In this document: in pieces, positions 49,398 through 59,416 of the stretch
Layout of the letters: every line of letters starts with the position of its first letter
Numbering within the stretch: the first letter of the stretch is position 1
Assembly: GCA_040398005.1 (NCBI GenBank)
Contig: JBBAUX010000005.1
Span: 22,554 to 86,553 of the forward strand
Direction of reading: 5' to 3'
DNA from: Opitutales bacterium
GTDB taxonomy: Bacteria; Verrucomicrobiota; Verrucomicrobiia; Opitutales; UBA953
DNA: 64,000 nucleotides
Notes under the pieces: generated by a model
Told to the model about the DNA's origin: nothing
Seen by the model: the letters and a program-made list of their open reading frames with translations, nothing else
The model's database searches: none
Program-made: the position numbers and the translations under genes

Positions 49398-52160
49398 ATG
49401 GCTAAAAATAAAAAAAGTAATCATTCACCCACCACAAAATCTACAAAAGTAGTTTACACTTGGGGTGGTGGCAAAGCCGATGGCGATGGTTCCATGAAAG
49501 CGCTCCTCGGTGGCAAAGGTGCCAACCTCGCAGAGATGACCCGCATTGGTCTGCCCGTTCCTCCAGGCTTCACTATCACCACTGAAGTTTGCACTCACTA
49601 CTACGCGAACAAGCGTACCTATCCATCCACCCTCCAAGCGCAGATGGAAGCGGGTGTTAAAAATATGGAAACTATTATGGGCACAAAATTTGGTGCCACT
49701 CAAGGCATGCCTCTCTTGCTTGCGGTTCGCTCGGGTGCTCGCGATTCCATGCCCGGCATGATGGACACCATTTTGAATCTTGGTCTTAATGATCAATCAG
49801 TCGTCGCACTTGAGAAAGCCACCAACAATGCCCGCTTCGCTTGGGATTGTTACCGTCGTTTTATTCAAATGTATGGTGACGTTGTGCTCGGCGTACAAAA
49901 ACGCGAAGGTGAAGACCACGAGCCTTTTGAAACAGTCATCGAAGAATTTAAACACAAAAAATACGACGCAGATATCGAAGACTCCAAACTGACCGCCGCC
50001 GACCAACAAGAGTTGGTGAAGCGCTTTAAAGCTTTGGTTAAAGAGCGCACCGGCCGTGTTTTCCCTCATGATCCATGGGAGCAACTTCGCGGTGCTGCGG
50101 GTGCGGTTTTCAGTTCTTGGATGAATGACCGTGCGATCGTTTATCGCCGTAAATACAATATCCCTGCGGAGTGGGGTACCGCCGTTAACGTTCAAGCCAT
50201 GGTGTTTGGTAACACCGGCGAACATTCCGGTTCAGGCGTAGCTTTCACGCGTAATCCTGCTAACGGCGTCGATGAGTTTTACGGAGAGTTTTTAGTGAAC
50301 GCCCAAGGCGAAGACGTCGTCGCTGGTGTCCGTACGCCGGAGCCCGTCATCAAATTAAAGAACGTCATGCCTAAGAGCTACGAACAATTATTGAAGGTTC
50401 GTCAAATTCTCGAGAAGCATTTCAAAGACGTTCAAGATATCGAGTTCACTGTTCAAGAAGGTAAACTCTACATGTTGCAGACGCGTAATGGTAAGCGCAC
50501 GGCCGCCGCCGCACTGAAGTTTGCTGCCGACATGGTGAAGTCCAAACTCATCGATTGGGAAACTGCCATTCTGCGCAATCCGGCCGATCAGTTAGAACAA
50601 TTGTTAGCTCCGATTTTTGACGTGAATGATGTCAAGAAGGCGAAAGCCATTGCGACGGGCCTGCCAGCAGGACCTGGGGCTGCGACTGGACGAATTTATT
50701 TCAATGCGGAACGTGCGGTTGTGGCTGCGGATAAAGGCGAAAAAGTTTTATTAGTACGCGTCGAAACTTCTCCTGAAGATCTTCGTGGGATGATTGCCGC
50801 GGAAGGTATTCTCACAGCTCGTGGTGGTGTATCATCGCACGCCGCACTCGTGGCCCGTCAAATGGGTAAAGTCTGCGTCTGTGGTGCCGCTGCGGTGCAG
50901 ATTGATTACGATAAAAAAATCGCGACCATTGCCGGCCATAAGTTTAAGGAAGGGGATTACTTATCCATCGATGGCACAGCGGGAACTGTTTATGCCGGAC
51001 AAATCAAGACCGCCCCTTCTGAAATCGTTGCGGGAGTGATTAATAACGATAAAAATGCTCAGAAGACCGAGAAATATAAAAATTATGTGCAGTTGATGAA
51101 CTGGTGTGCACAGGCCACTCGCTTACAGGTTCGTACGAATGCTGACAATCCAGAGCAGACCAAACAAGCGGTCGCTTTCGGTGCACAAGGTATCGGTTTA
51201 ACTCGAACCGAGCACATGTTCTTCGAAGGAAATCGTATCGATGCCGTCCGCGAAATGATTCTCGCCGACTCTCTCGAAGGTCGTCGTAAAGCTCTCGCCA
51301 AGATTCTTCCTTATCAACGCGAAGACTTCATCGGTATCTTTAAAGCACTCAATGGTCTGCCTGCGACGATTCGTTTGCTCGATCCACCCTTACACGAATT
51401 CGTTCCTCATGATGATAAAGCCCAGGCTTTATTGGCTAAGAAACTAGGAATTTCTAAGGAAAAAGTCATCGCGCGGGTTCACGCCTTACACGAATTCAAT
51501 CCAATGCTCGGTCACCGCGGTTGCCGCTTAGGTATCGCCTATCCTGAAATCACCGAAACCCAGGCCCGTGCTATTTTTGAAGCTGCTGCTTTCGTCATGA
51601 AGAAAGGAATTAAAGTTAAACCTGAAGTCATGGTACCTCTCGTTGGCTACAAACGCGAATTAGACTTACAAGTCGAAGTCATCCATCGCGTCGCTGCCGA
51701 AGTCCAAGCGGAGAAGAAAGTGAAGATTGCTTATTCGGTTGGTACCATGATTGAGGTTCCTCGCGGTGCCTTAACTGCTGATGAAATCGCACATACTGCG
51801 GAATTCTTTAGCTTCGGTACGAATGACCTCACGCAGACCACCTTAGGTGTATCGCGTGATGACATGGGCAACTTCCTGGGTGCTTATACCGAAAACGAAA
51901 TCTTCAAAAAGAATCCGTTCGCAAGCCTCGATCAAACGGGCGTCGGTCAATTAGTGAAGATTGCGATCGAGAAGGGTCGTCAAACTCGTCCCGATATCAA
52001 ACTCGGTATCTGTGGTGAACACGGTGGTGAGCCTGAGTCCGTTAAGTTCTGTCACCGCGTAGGCTTGTCTTACGTTTCTTGTTCGCCTTACCGCGTGCCC
52101 GTTGCTCGCCTTGCCGCCGCCCAAGCGGCGATTGAGGAAAAACGTGCAGCCAAGAAATAG
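49398..52160 (+). CDS. ppdK: Pyruvate, phosphate dikinase
   Basis: [36 protein letters not shown] (phospho-His), [28 protein letters not shown]. Confidence 0.98.
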   Translation: MAKNKKSNHSPTTKSTKVVYTWGGGKADGDGSMKALLGGKGANLAEMTRIGLPVPPGFTITTEVCTHYYANKRTYPSTLQAQMEAGVKNMETIMGTKFGATQGMPLLLAVRSGARDSMPGMMDTILNLGLNDQSVVALEKATNNARFAWDCYRRFIQMYGDVVLGVQKREGEDHEPFETVIEEFKHKKYDADIEDSKLTAADQQELVKRFKALVKERTGRVFPHDPWEQLRGAAGAVFSSWMNDRAIVYRRKYNIPAEWGTAVNVQAMVFGNTGEHSGSGVAFTRNPANGVDEFYGEFLVNAQGEDVVAGVRTPEPVIKLKNVMPKSYEQLLKVRQILEKHFKDVQDIEFTVQEGKLYMLQTRNGKRTAAAALKFAADMVKSKLIDWETAILRNPADQLEQLLAPIFDVNDVKKAKAIATGLPAGPGAATGRIYFNAERAVVAADKGEKVLLVRVETSPEDLRGMIAAEGILTARGGVSSHAALVARQMGKVCVCGAAAVQIDYDKKIATIAGHKFKEGDYLSIDGTAGTVYAGQIKTAPSEIVAGVINNDKNAQKTEKYKNYVQLMNWCAQATRLQVRTNADNPEQTKQAVAFGAQGIGLTRTEHMFFEGNRIDAVREMILADSLEGRRKALAKILPYQREDFIGIFKALNGLPATIRLLDPPLHEFVPHDDKAQALLAKKLGISKEKVIARVHALHEFNPMLGHRGCRLGIAYPEITETQARAIFEAAAFVMKKGIKVKPEVMVPLVGYKRELDLQVEVIHRVAAEVQAEKKVKIAYSVGTMIEVPRGALTADEIAHTAEFFSFGTNDLTQTTLGVSRDDMGNFLGAYTENEIFKKNPFASLDQTGVGQLVKIAIEKGRQTRPDIKLGICGEHGGEPESVKFCHRVGLSYVSCSPYRVPVARLAAAQAAIEEKRAAKK

Positions 52161-52179
52161 TCGGTTGGCTTAATCCGAT

Positions 52180-52214
52180 AAAGAGGGACGAATCGAAAGG
52201 TTCGCCCCTCTTTT
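52180..52214 (+). terminator. Rho-independent terminator after ppdK
   Basis: AAAGAGGGACGAATC-GAAA-GGTTCGCCCCTCTTTT imperfect hairpin ending in a T tract. Confidence 0.8.
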
Positions 52215-52296
52215 GTGCCTATAAATAAAGGGAATAAAATTTATTGAGTTTTGTATCGTGCAATCGACCCCTTTTCCAACAAAGTAAGAGGCAGAC

Positions 52297-55200
52297 ATGA
52301 ATCGACTTTATGTAGAAAAGAAACCCGCGTTTAGGTCAGAGACCAATGCGCTTCTGCATGATCTACATGATTCTCTTCGCCTCCAAAATTTAGAGTCTCT
52401 TCGCATTCTTCAACGCTATGATATCGAAGGGGCAAGCGAAGCTTCTATTCAAAAGGCCACCCCTACGGTTTTTGCTGAACCTCCGGTCGATGATGTTTAT
52501 TTAGAAAACTTTCCATCTTCATCTGACGAAATTATTTTCGGCATTGAATATTTACCTGGTCAATTCGATCAACGATCCGATTCCGCCGCTCAGTGTTTAC
52601 AAATTGTCGGTGGAGGTGAACGTCCCACCGTTGCGGCAGCACGCATTTATTTAGCCAAAGGCAAATTAACGAGCGAAGAGATTATTAAACTAAAAAAATA
52701 TTTAATTAATCCAGTCGACTCCCGAGAAGCCGATTTAGCCAAACCTGTGACGATTCGCCGCGTCGCCCCTGAGCCATCAGCCGTTCCGGCGATTAAAAAT
52801 TTCTTAATTAAATCGGTACAAGAACTCACGGCGCTTCGTAAAGAACTTGGGCTGGCGATGTCGGATGCCGATCTTCTTTTTTGCCAAAATTATTTTACAA
52901 AGGAAGCCAAACGTGAACCTTCCTTAACCGAGTTAAAATTACTCGATACGTATTGGTCGGATCACTGTCGCCACACGACTTTTTTAGCTGAATTAACTGC
53001 GGTCGAATTTGCGCCTTCGCCATTACTCGAACCTTTTCGTTTAGCCTGGGAAAAATATAAAAAAGTTCGGCTGGGTCTTAATCGCCAAGGTAAAGCGATT
53101 TGCTTGATGGATATTGCGACCATCGGTGCACGAGAATTGAAACGTCGCGGCTTACTGGACGATCAAGAAGAGTCGGAAGAAGTGAATGCGGCGTCGATTG
53201 TGGTGCCGGTCGAAATCGACGGAAAAATGGAAGAGTGGTTGGTGATGTTTAAAAACGAAACCCACAATCACCCGACAGAAATTGAGCCTTTTGGGGGTGC
53301 CGCTACCTGCTTAGGCGGTGCCATTCGCGATCCTCTTTCGGGTCGCTCCTACGTCTATCAGGCCATGCGCGTGACGGGTGCGGCTAATCCGTTAACGCCT
53401 TACGATCAAACACTTCCTGGAAAACTTCCTCAGAGCAAAATCACCCGAGGCGCTGCTGCGGGATATTCATCTTATGGAAATCAAATTGGCTTAGCGACGG
53501 GTTTAGTTTCAGAGCATTACCATCCTGGATATGTCGCTAAGAGAATGGAAATCGGTGCAGTGGTAGCTGCGGGCCCACGTGCATGTGTTCGTCGCGAAGT
53601 TCCTTCGCCTGGTGATGTGATTGTATTGGTCGGCGGACGTACGGGTCGCGATGGCGTAGGCGGTGCCACAGGTTCATCAAAAGAACATACGGAAACTGCG
53701 TTACAAAATTCTGCCGAGGTTCAGAAGGGCGATGCCCCGACTGAGCGAAAACTCCAACGTCTTTTTCGCGATGCTACAGTCAGTAAACTCATTAAACGTT
53801 GTAACGATTTCGGTGCGGGTGGCGTTTCCGTTGCCATTGGAGAACTGGCTCCATCGCTACACATTCACCTCGATCGCGTGCCTCTTAAGTATGACGGTTT
53901 AGACGGAACGGAAATCGCATTATCTGAATCGCAAGAACGGATGGCCGTGGTTTTGGATCCTAAAGATGTTAATCAATTTATTTCTGCGGCTCAGAGAGAA
54001 AATCTAGAAGCGGTTTTAGTGGCTGATGTTACGGATACTGGCCGGCTCATCATGGAATGGCGCGGGCAGCGTATTGTCGATATCACCCGAGACTTCTTAG
54101 ATACTAATGGAGTAAGCCAGTCGGCTATGGCTTCGGTCGTCGCTCCTGACGCTAATCATCATCCCTTCTTAACGAACGCAAAGCCACTCAGTGCTGACGA
54201 ATTTAAAACCGCATTGTCGAGTCTCACTCTGGCTGCGCAACGTGGCATGGGTGAACGTTTCGATTCATCCATTGGGGCTAATACAGTTCTCCATCCGTTT
54301 GGAGGATTAACCCAGACTACTCCGCAGGATGCGATGGTCGCCAAACTGCCTGTTTTAAATGGCGAAACCGATGTTTGTACGATTATGGCCTATGGATTTA
54401 ATCCCGAGGTTGCACAGTGGTCGCCGGGACATGGCGCTGTTTGTGCAGTGGTTGAATCACTCGCTCGTCTTACCGCCGCTGGTGGAAATCCATTGCGAGC
54501 GCGTTTAACTTTTCAGGAGTATTTTGAAAAATTAGGTAATGATTCCAAGCGCTGGGGTAAGCCGTTGGTTGCATTGTTGGGTGCACTTGATGCTCAACTA
54601 GAATTTGGTACAGCTGCGATCGGTGGTAAGGATAGTATGTCGGGTTCATTTAAAGATCTCGATGTTCCACCTACGCTGGTTTCATTTGCGATTGTGCCTG
54701 CGAAGTCGGGTGAAGTGATTTCTACAGAATTCAAAAAAGCAAACTCCGTCATCGTGCTCGTCGATGTACCACGAACCGAATCTTTATTGCCTGATTTAAA
54801 ACTAGCTAAAAAACAATGGGCTGCTGTGCATAGTTTGATGAAGCAGGGCAGGGTTTTGGCTGCGTCTGCGGTCAGAAACGGTGGCGTCGGACATACACTC
54901 GCACGGATGTCGTTTGGTAATCGAGTGGGCGTGGATCTGAATGCTGCACCTTCGACTGATTTCTTGGTGCCTCATTACGGATCTATTATTTTAGAAGTAG
55001 AGTCGACCGTTGATCTGGGTGAATTGTCGTATCGTATTTTAGGAAGAACTCAGGCCATCCCCGTTATTTCTTGGCCCAGTGTAAGTGTCTCCATTGATGA
55101 ACTATTAAAAATCAATGAAGGCGTTTTAGAATCCATTTTCCCAACTAAAGCTAACGAGCCTGCGGGTGAGCCACTCACCTTTGATTTTAATACACGCTTA

Positions 55201-56025
55201 ATTCATAAGCCCAAATTTAGAGTAGCTCGCCCACGCGTAGTCATCACCGTTTTTCCTGGAAATAATTGTGAGTACGATTCAGCGAGGGCATTTAACCAAG
55301 CCGGTGCTGAGTCAGAAATATTAGTATTTAGAAATGGCAATGCTGAGTCGCTCGCAGAATCACTGCAGGCCTTGGCCGAGGCGATTAAACGCTCTCAAAT
55401 CTTGATGATTCCTGGAGGTTTTTCAGCGGGGGATGAGCCAGACGGTTCAGGTAAATTTATTGCAGCAGTGCTTAAGTCGCCCGCGGTTCGTGATGCCACG
55501 ATGGATTTATTAAAATCGAGAGACGGCCTAATTCTCGGCATTTGTAATGGATTCCAAGCTCTGATTAAAACTGGCTTAGTTCCGTATGGTGAGATTCGCG
55601 ATGTCGATCACCATGCGCCGACTTTATTTCATAATTATATCGGCCGACATATTTCACGTTATGCTTATACGCGTGTCGCTTCCGTAAAATCACCTTGGCT
55701 CTCGAAGATGTCGGTCGGACAACAGCACACGATTCCGTTTTCCCATGGAGAGGGCAGATTTGTCGCGTCGCCTGGAATGATTAATGAATTGGCCCGCCAT
55801 GGACAAATTGCTTTCCAGTATTGTGATTCAGCCGGTCAGCCTTCACATAAAATTGATTTCAATCCGAACGGATCCATTCATGCGATTGAAGGCATTACTA
55901 GTCCCTGTGGACGTGTCTTAGGTAAGATGGGTCACAGTGAACGTACGGGGCGCGACGTTGCTAAGAATATTCCTGGTAATAAATATCAGCCGCTCTTTGA
56001 AGGCGGTGTAGAATATTTTAGTTAG
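52297..56025 (+). CDS. purL: Phosphoribosylformylglycinamidine synthase, single-chain form with fused glutaminase
   Basis: YWSDHCRH, FKNETHNHPTEIEPFGGA, NDFGAGG, SESQERM, GGKDSMS, GICNGFQ, MGHSER. Confidence 0.97.
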   Translation: MNRLYVEKKPAFRSETNALLHDLHDSLRLQNLESLRILQRYDIEGASEASIQKATPTVFAEPPVDDVYLENFPSSSDEIIFGIEYLPGQFDQRSDSAAQCLQIVGGGERPTVAAARIYLAKGKLTSEEIIKLKKYLINPVDSREADLAKPVTIRRVAPEPSAVPAIKNFLIKSVQELTALRKELGLAMSDADLLFCQNYFTKEAKREPSLTELKLLDTYWSDHCRHTTFLAELTAVEFAPSPLLEPFRLAWEKYKKVRLGLNRQGKAICLMDIATIGARELKRRGLLDDQEESEEVNAASIVVPVEIDGKMEEWLVMFKNETHNHPTEIEPFGGAATCLGGAIRDPLSGRSYVYQAMRVTGAANPLTPYDQTLPGKLPQSKITRGAAAGYSSYGNQIGLATGLVSEHYHPGYVAKRMEIGAVVAAGPRACVRREVPSPGDVIVLVGGRTGRDGVGGATGSSKEHTETALQNSAEVQKGDAPTERKLQRLFRDATVSKLIKRCNDFGAGGVSVAIGELAPSLHIHLDRVPLKYDGLDGTEIALSESQERMAVVLDPKDVNQFISAAQRENLEAVLVADVTDTGRLIMEWRGQRIVDITRDFLDTNGVSQSAMASVVAPDANHHPFLTNAKPLSADEFKTALSSLTLAAQRGMGERFDSSIGANTVLHPFGGLTQTTPQDAMVAKLPVLNGETDVCTIMAYGFNPEVAQWSPGHGAVCAVVESLARLTAAGGNPLRARLTFQEYFEKLGNDSKRWGKPLVALLGALDAQLEFGTAAIGGKDSMSGSFKDLDVPPTLVSFAIVPAKSGEVISTEFKKANSVIVLVDVPRTESLLPDLKLAKKQWAAVHSLMKQGRVLAASAVRNGGVGHTLARMSFGNRVGVDLNAAPSTDFLVPHYGSIILEVESTVDLGELSYRILGRTQAIPVISWPSVSVSIDELLKINEGVLESIFPTKANEPAGEPLTFDFNTRLIHKPKFRVARPRVVITVFPGNNCEYDSARAFNQAGAESEILVFRNGNAESLAESLQALAEAIKRSQILMIPGGFSAGDEPDGSGKFIAAVLKSPAVRDATMDLLKSRDGLILGICNGFQALIKTGLVPYGEIRDVDHHAPTLFHNYIGRHISRYAYTRVASVKSPWLSKMSVGQQHTIPFSHGEGRFVASPGMINELARHGQIAFQYCDSAGQPSHKIDFNPNGSIHAIEGITSPCGRVLGKMGHSERTGRDVAKNIPGNKYQPLFEGGVEYFS

Positions 56026-57443
56026 CTCCGTAGTTTCTTAAACGCAGCCAAGGCGCGATCGCGACCCTCGATTAGACCAATAGCTGGCTTTGGGTAATTA
56101 ACGCCTAACGTGACGCCTGCGGCTTTTAAGACATGGGCAGGAGCATCCCAAGGTTTGTGAATCCATTCGGCGGGCATGTTGGCTAGCTCGGGAACGTATT
56201 TACGAACGTAGTCACCGTTGGGATCAAACTTCTCGCCTTGAAGGACGGGATTAAAAACACGGAAGTAAGGTGCGGCATCGGCACCACAACCACCAGCCCA
56301 CTGCCAACCGAGCGTGTTAGAAGCCAAATCGGCATCCACTAAGGTATCCCAGAACCATTTAGCTCCGTCCTGCCAGGGTTGCAGTAGGTGTTTCACTAAA
56401 ACAGAGGCAGCAACCATTCTGACGCGATTATGCTGCCAGCCGGTCAGCAAAAGTTGTCGCATGCCCGCATCCACAATGGGGAATCCGGTTTCACCCTTTT
56501 GCCAGGCACGTAGAAGTTTGGGATCAGACTGCCACGGAAAATCGTCGTACTCTTTACGTAGGGCTTTTTCGGGAGTGTGGTTGAAATGGTGGAGCAGATG
56601 GTAACCAAATTCCCGCCAGCCAATTTCGGCGATGTAGCGCTGACCGCTCTTGGTTTCGGCAAAGGCGGTTTCTTTAATCGCGGTATAAATTTCGAGTGGT
56701 GAGATTTGACCGAAATGTAAATAGGGGGACAGTCGCGAGGTGCCGTCGATATTGGGAATATCGCGTGCCTCGTTATAATCTTTAACAGGGGCTTTTTTGA
56801 ATTCGGCGAGACGGCTTTCGGCGCCCGCTCGTGTGGGATTCCATTCCTTGGAGAATTGTTTATCCCACTTTATCTTAGGCAGTAGTTTTAGGCTATCGAC
56901 GGACTCTGTTGATAAGGACTGACTAGGACCCTGAATTTTTTTAGGTGCTTTCGTGGGCGTACCAAACTGCAAATTAGCTAAGCAATTTTTCCAAAACGGC
57001 GTGAAGACCTGGAAGGGATTGCCCGAAAGATTTTTAATTTTCTGCGGTTCGTGTAATAAGCTGCCATTGAAAGATTCCGCTTTGAGTCCGCTATTTCTTA
57101 ATTGGGTTTTGATTTCGGTATCGCGCTTCACAATCAACGGTTCGTAACGACGATTCCAAACGACGCTCGTTGCCCCCGTTTCTTTGATTAATTTTTCTAA
57201 TTCTTTTAAACTATTGCCTTCGCGAATGATTAAAGGACTGCCCGCTTTGTTGAATTGTTCAGCGAGATCGAGGAGGGCGTGATGCAGCCACCATTGAGTC
57301 GCTCCACCCGGACCCCATTCGCCTTCCGATTTTATATCGTGAATATAAACAGGAATGACCGAGTCGCCGGCAGCGACGGCGGCCTGCAGGGCTGGATTAT
57401 CAGCGAGACGTAAATCTTGTCTAAACCAGACGAGGGTAGGCAT
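56022..57443 (-). CDS. phrB: Class I CPD deoxyribodipyrimidine photolyase
   Basis: WFRQDLRLADNPAL, TSRLSPYLHFGQIS, WREF, HNRVRM, DADLASN..GWQW, YFRVFNP. Confidence 0.95.
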   Translation of the reverse strand: MPTLVWFRQDLRLADNPALQAAVAAGDSVIPVYIHDIKSEGEWGPGGATQWWLHHALLDLAEQFNKAGSPLIIREGNSLKELEKLIKETGATSVVWNRRYEPLIVKRDTEIKTQLRNSGLKAESFNGSLLHEPQKIKNLSGNPFQVFTPFWKNCLANLQFGTPTKAPKKIQGPSQSLSTESVDSLKLLPKIKWDKQFSKEWNPTRAGAESRLAEFKKAPVKDYNEARDIPNIDGTSRLSPYLHFGQISPLEIYTAIKETAFAETKSGQRYIAEIGWREFGYHLLHHFNHTPEKALRKEYDDFPWQSDPKLLRAWQKGETGFPIVDAGMRQLLLTGWQHNRVRMVAASVLVKHLLQPWQDGAKWFWDTLVDADLASNTLGWQWAGGCGADAAPYFRVFNPVLQGEKFDPNGDYVRKYVPELANMPAEWIHKPWDAPAHVLKAAGVTLGVNYPKPAIGLIEGRDRALAAFKKLRS

Positions 57444-57494
57444 AGTTTTAGAGTGAGGGATGCACTAAAAGGTGCAAATAGCACCGCGCATTTA

Positions 57495-58571
57495 TTACCA
57501 AGTGTAATTTTGGTTTTTCTTAACTTGGCTGGCGAATTCAACCAGCAGCTGGACGCACTGCTCAACCACGGCGAGGTCCACGACTTCGCCAGGGGTGTGC
57601 ATATAACGCAGAGGAATGGATACCAATCCGCAGGCCACGCCACCATTGGCCATTTGGATAGCACGGGCATCGGTGCCCGTGGGTCGAGATTCAGCGGCCA
57701 CTTGATAAGGAATGCCGAGTGATTCGGCAGCGGCTACCATTTGGTCGAACACGAGTGGATTAATATTAGGTCCGCGACTGATGATAGGTCCGCCCGATAA
57801 AGTAAATTTACCGAACTTGCGATTATCGGCGTCGGGATGATCGGTCGCATGCCCGACATCTACGGTGATCGAAACTTGTGGGTTGATTCCTTGGGCTGCG
57901 ACTTGAGCGCCACGTGTACCGATTTCTTCTTGGGTGGTGGCAACGGAGACAACGCGAGCGACGAGGTCTTTTTGTTTAGCGAGACGGCGAAAAGCTTCCA
58001 TGCAGACGTAGGCACCTGCTTTGTCGTCGAAAGCGCGAGCAACTCCGATGGAGCCACGAAGAATTTCTGGACCATCGACATAGATTGCGGGATCGCCGAT
58101 GCGCACGATGTTTAAGGCGTCGGTGCGATTGTTCACCCCGATATCAATCCACATGTCGTGACGTTCGGGAACGCGTTTACGATCTTCAGGAGAGAGGAGG
58201 TGGACGGCGCGTTTTCCGGTAACGCCAAGAACGGGTCCATTGCGAGTGAGAATATGAACGCGCCGACCCGAGGGGATGACATGGTCGTGACCGCCTAAAA
58301 ATTCAAAATAGAGAAATCCTTTATCATCGATGTGTGAAATGATGAGACCGATTTCGTCGATGTGACCGGCAAACATTAAGGTCGGTCCACCTTTACCTTT
58401 TAATTCGGCAATGCGATTACCGAGTGTGTCTTTATTATAACTATCGGCCGAGTCTTTCACATAGCGGTCGATCACCGCTTGGGCAGCGAATTCATGGCCT
58501 GTGGGAGATTTGGCATCGAGGAGTTCTTTGAGAAACTCGGGATAGCCAGTCGGCGAAAGTTTTTTGGACAT
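57495..58571 (-). CDS. M42 family metallo-aminopeptidase
   Basis: SPTGHE, GHIDEIG, AFDDK, QEEIG, TGTDA, RYMHTP. Confidence 0.93.
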   Translation of the reverse strand: MSKKLSPTGYPEFLKELLDAKSPTGHEFAAQAVIDRYVKDSADSYNKDTLGNRIAELKGKGGPTLMFAGHIDEIGLIISHIDDKGFLYFEFLGGHDHVIPSGRRVHILTRNGPVLGVTGKRAVHLLSPEDRKRVPERHDMWIDIGVNNRTDALNIVRIGDPAIYVDGPEILRGSIGVARAFDDKAGAYVCMEAFRRLAKQKDLVARVVSVATTQEEIGTRGAQVAAQGINPQVSITVDVGHATDHPDADNRKFGKFTLSGGPIISRGPNINPLVFDQMVAAAESLGIPYQVAAESRPTGTDARAIQMANGGVACGLVSIPLRYMHTPGEVVDLAVVEQCVQLLVEFASQVKKNQNYTW

Positions 58572-58632
58572 GGAATACTTAATAAGAGTTTGGGCTTAAA
58601 AGTCGAGCGAGGGTAGTGAGGGATTTAGACAT

Positions 58633-58661
58633 AAAAAATGCCCAATAAAATTGGGCTTTTT
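58633..58661 (-). terminator. Probable rho-independent terminator of the Gfo-DUF1080 operon
   Basis: GCCCAAT-AAA-ATTGGGC stem flanked by A6 and T5 tracts. Confidence 0.7.
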
Positions 58662-58679
58662 GTAGGATTTAGGCTTAAA

Positions 58680-59414
58680 TTACTTCGAGCTTAGATCTTT
58701 GATTTTAACATTTTTAAACCAAACTTCGTCACCGTGTTCTTGGAGAAGAATGTGGCCAGACTCCCATTCGCCGAAGTGCCCACCGTATTTTTTATCAGCG
58801 TATTTGCTCTTAGCGACGAGGGCTTTGAATTCATCGGTAGTACGATCGTACGAGACGACGAGCATGCCGTTTAACCAATGTTCGGTTTTTTTACCGTCGG
58901 TCTTAACGAGTGCTGTGTTCCATTGTTCGGTGGGACTAGGCTTCTTGTCTTTGTTAGCGGTGATGATATCGTACAACGAACTGATGGTGCGGTTGCCGTT
59001 GGTGCCCAATTTTGCATCGGGGTGATTTTCGTCATCGAGCATTTGGAACTCTAAACCGAATGCTGAACCTGCGCCTTGGTTGAGGTTGGGTTGGACAAAA
59101 TATTTTAATCCGCTGTTAGCACCCTTGGTCAACTTGAAGTCTACACTGACTTCAAATTTGGAGAACTTATCGTTGGTGATAATGTCTCCGGCGGCGGCCG
59201 ATTCTTTCCCGCCCGTGGATTCGGTGTGGAACTGTCCATCGACAATAGACCATCCTGCTTTCGGAAAGTCAGGTCCTTTGGCAGAGCGCCAGCCTTCGGT
59301 GGTTTTTCCGTTGAACAATAATTTCCAACCCTCGGCTTTTTCAGCGTCGGTTAACTCATTATCGCCAGCAAAACCAACGAGGGGGATGAGTGCGGCTAAT
59401 AAATATTTTTTCAT
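58680..59414 (-). CDS. DUF1080 (3-keto-glycoside-processing family) secreted protein
   Basis: Signal peptide; GWKLLFNGK...GW, NSG.KY, EFQMLD, WN, HWLNG, G.I.LQEHG..V.FKN. Confidence 0.93.
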   Translation of the reverse strand: MKKYLLAALIPLVGFAGDNELTDAEKAEGWKLLFNGKTTEGWRSAKGPDFPKAGWSIVDGQFHTESTGGKESAAAGDIITNDKFSKFEVSVDFKLTKGANSGLKYFVQPNLNQGAGSAFGLEFQMLDDENHPDAKLGTNGNRTISSLYDIITANKDKKPSPTEQWNTALVKTDGKKTEHWLNGMLVVSYDRTTDEFKALVAKSKYADKKYGGHFGEWESGHILLQEHGDEVWFKNVKIKDLSSK

Positions 59415-59416
59415 AT

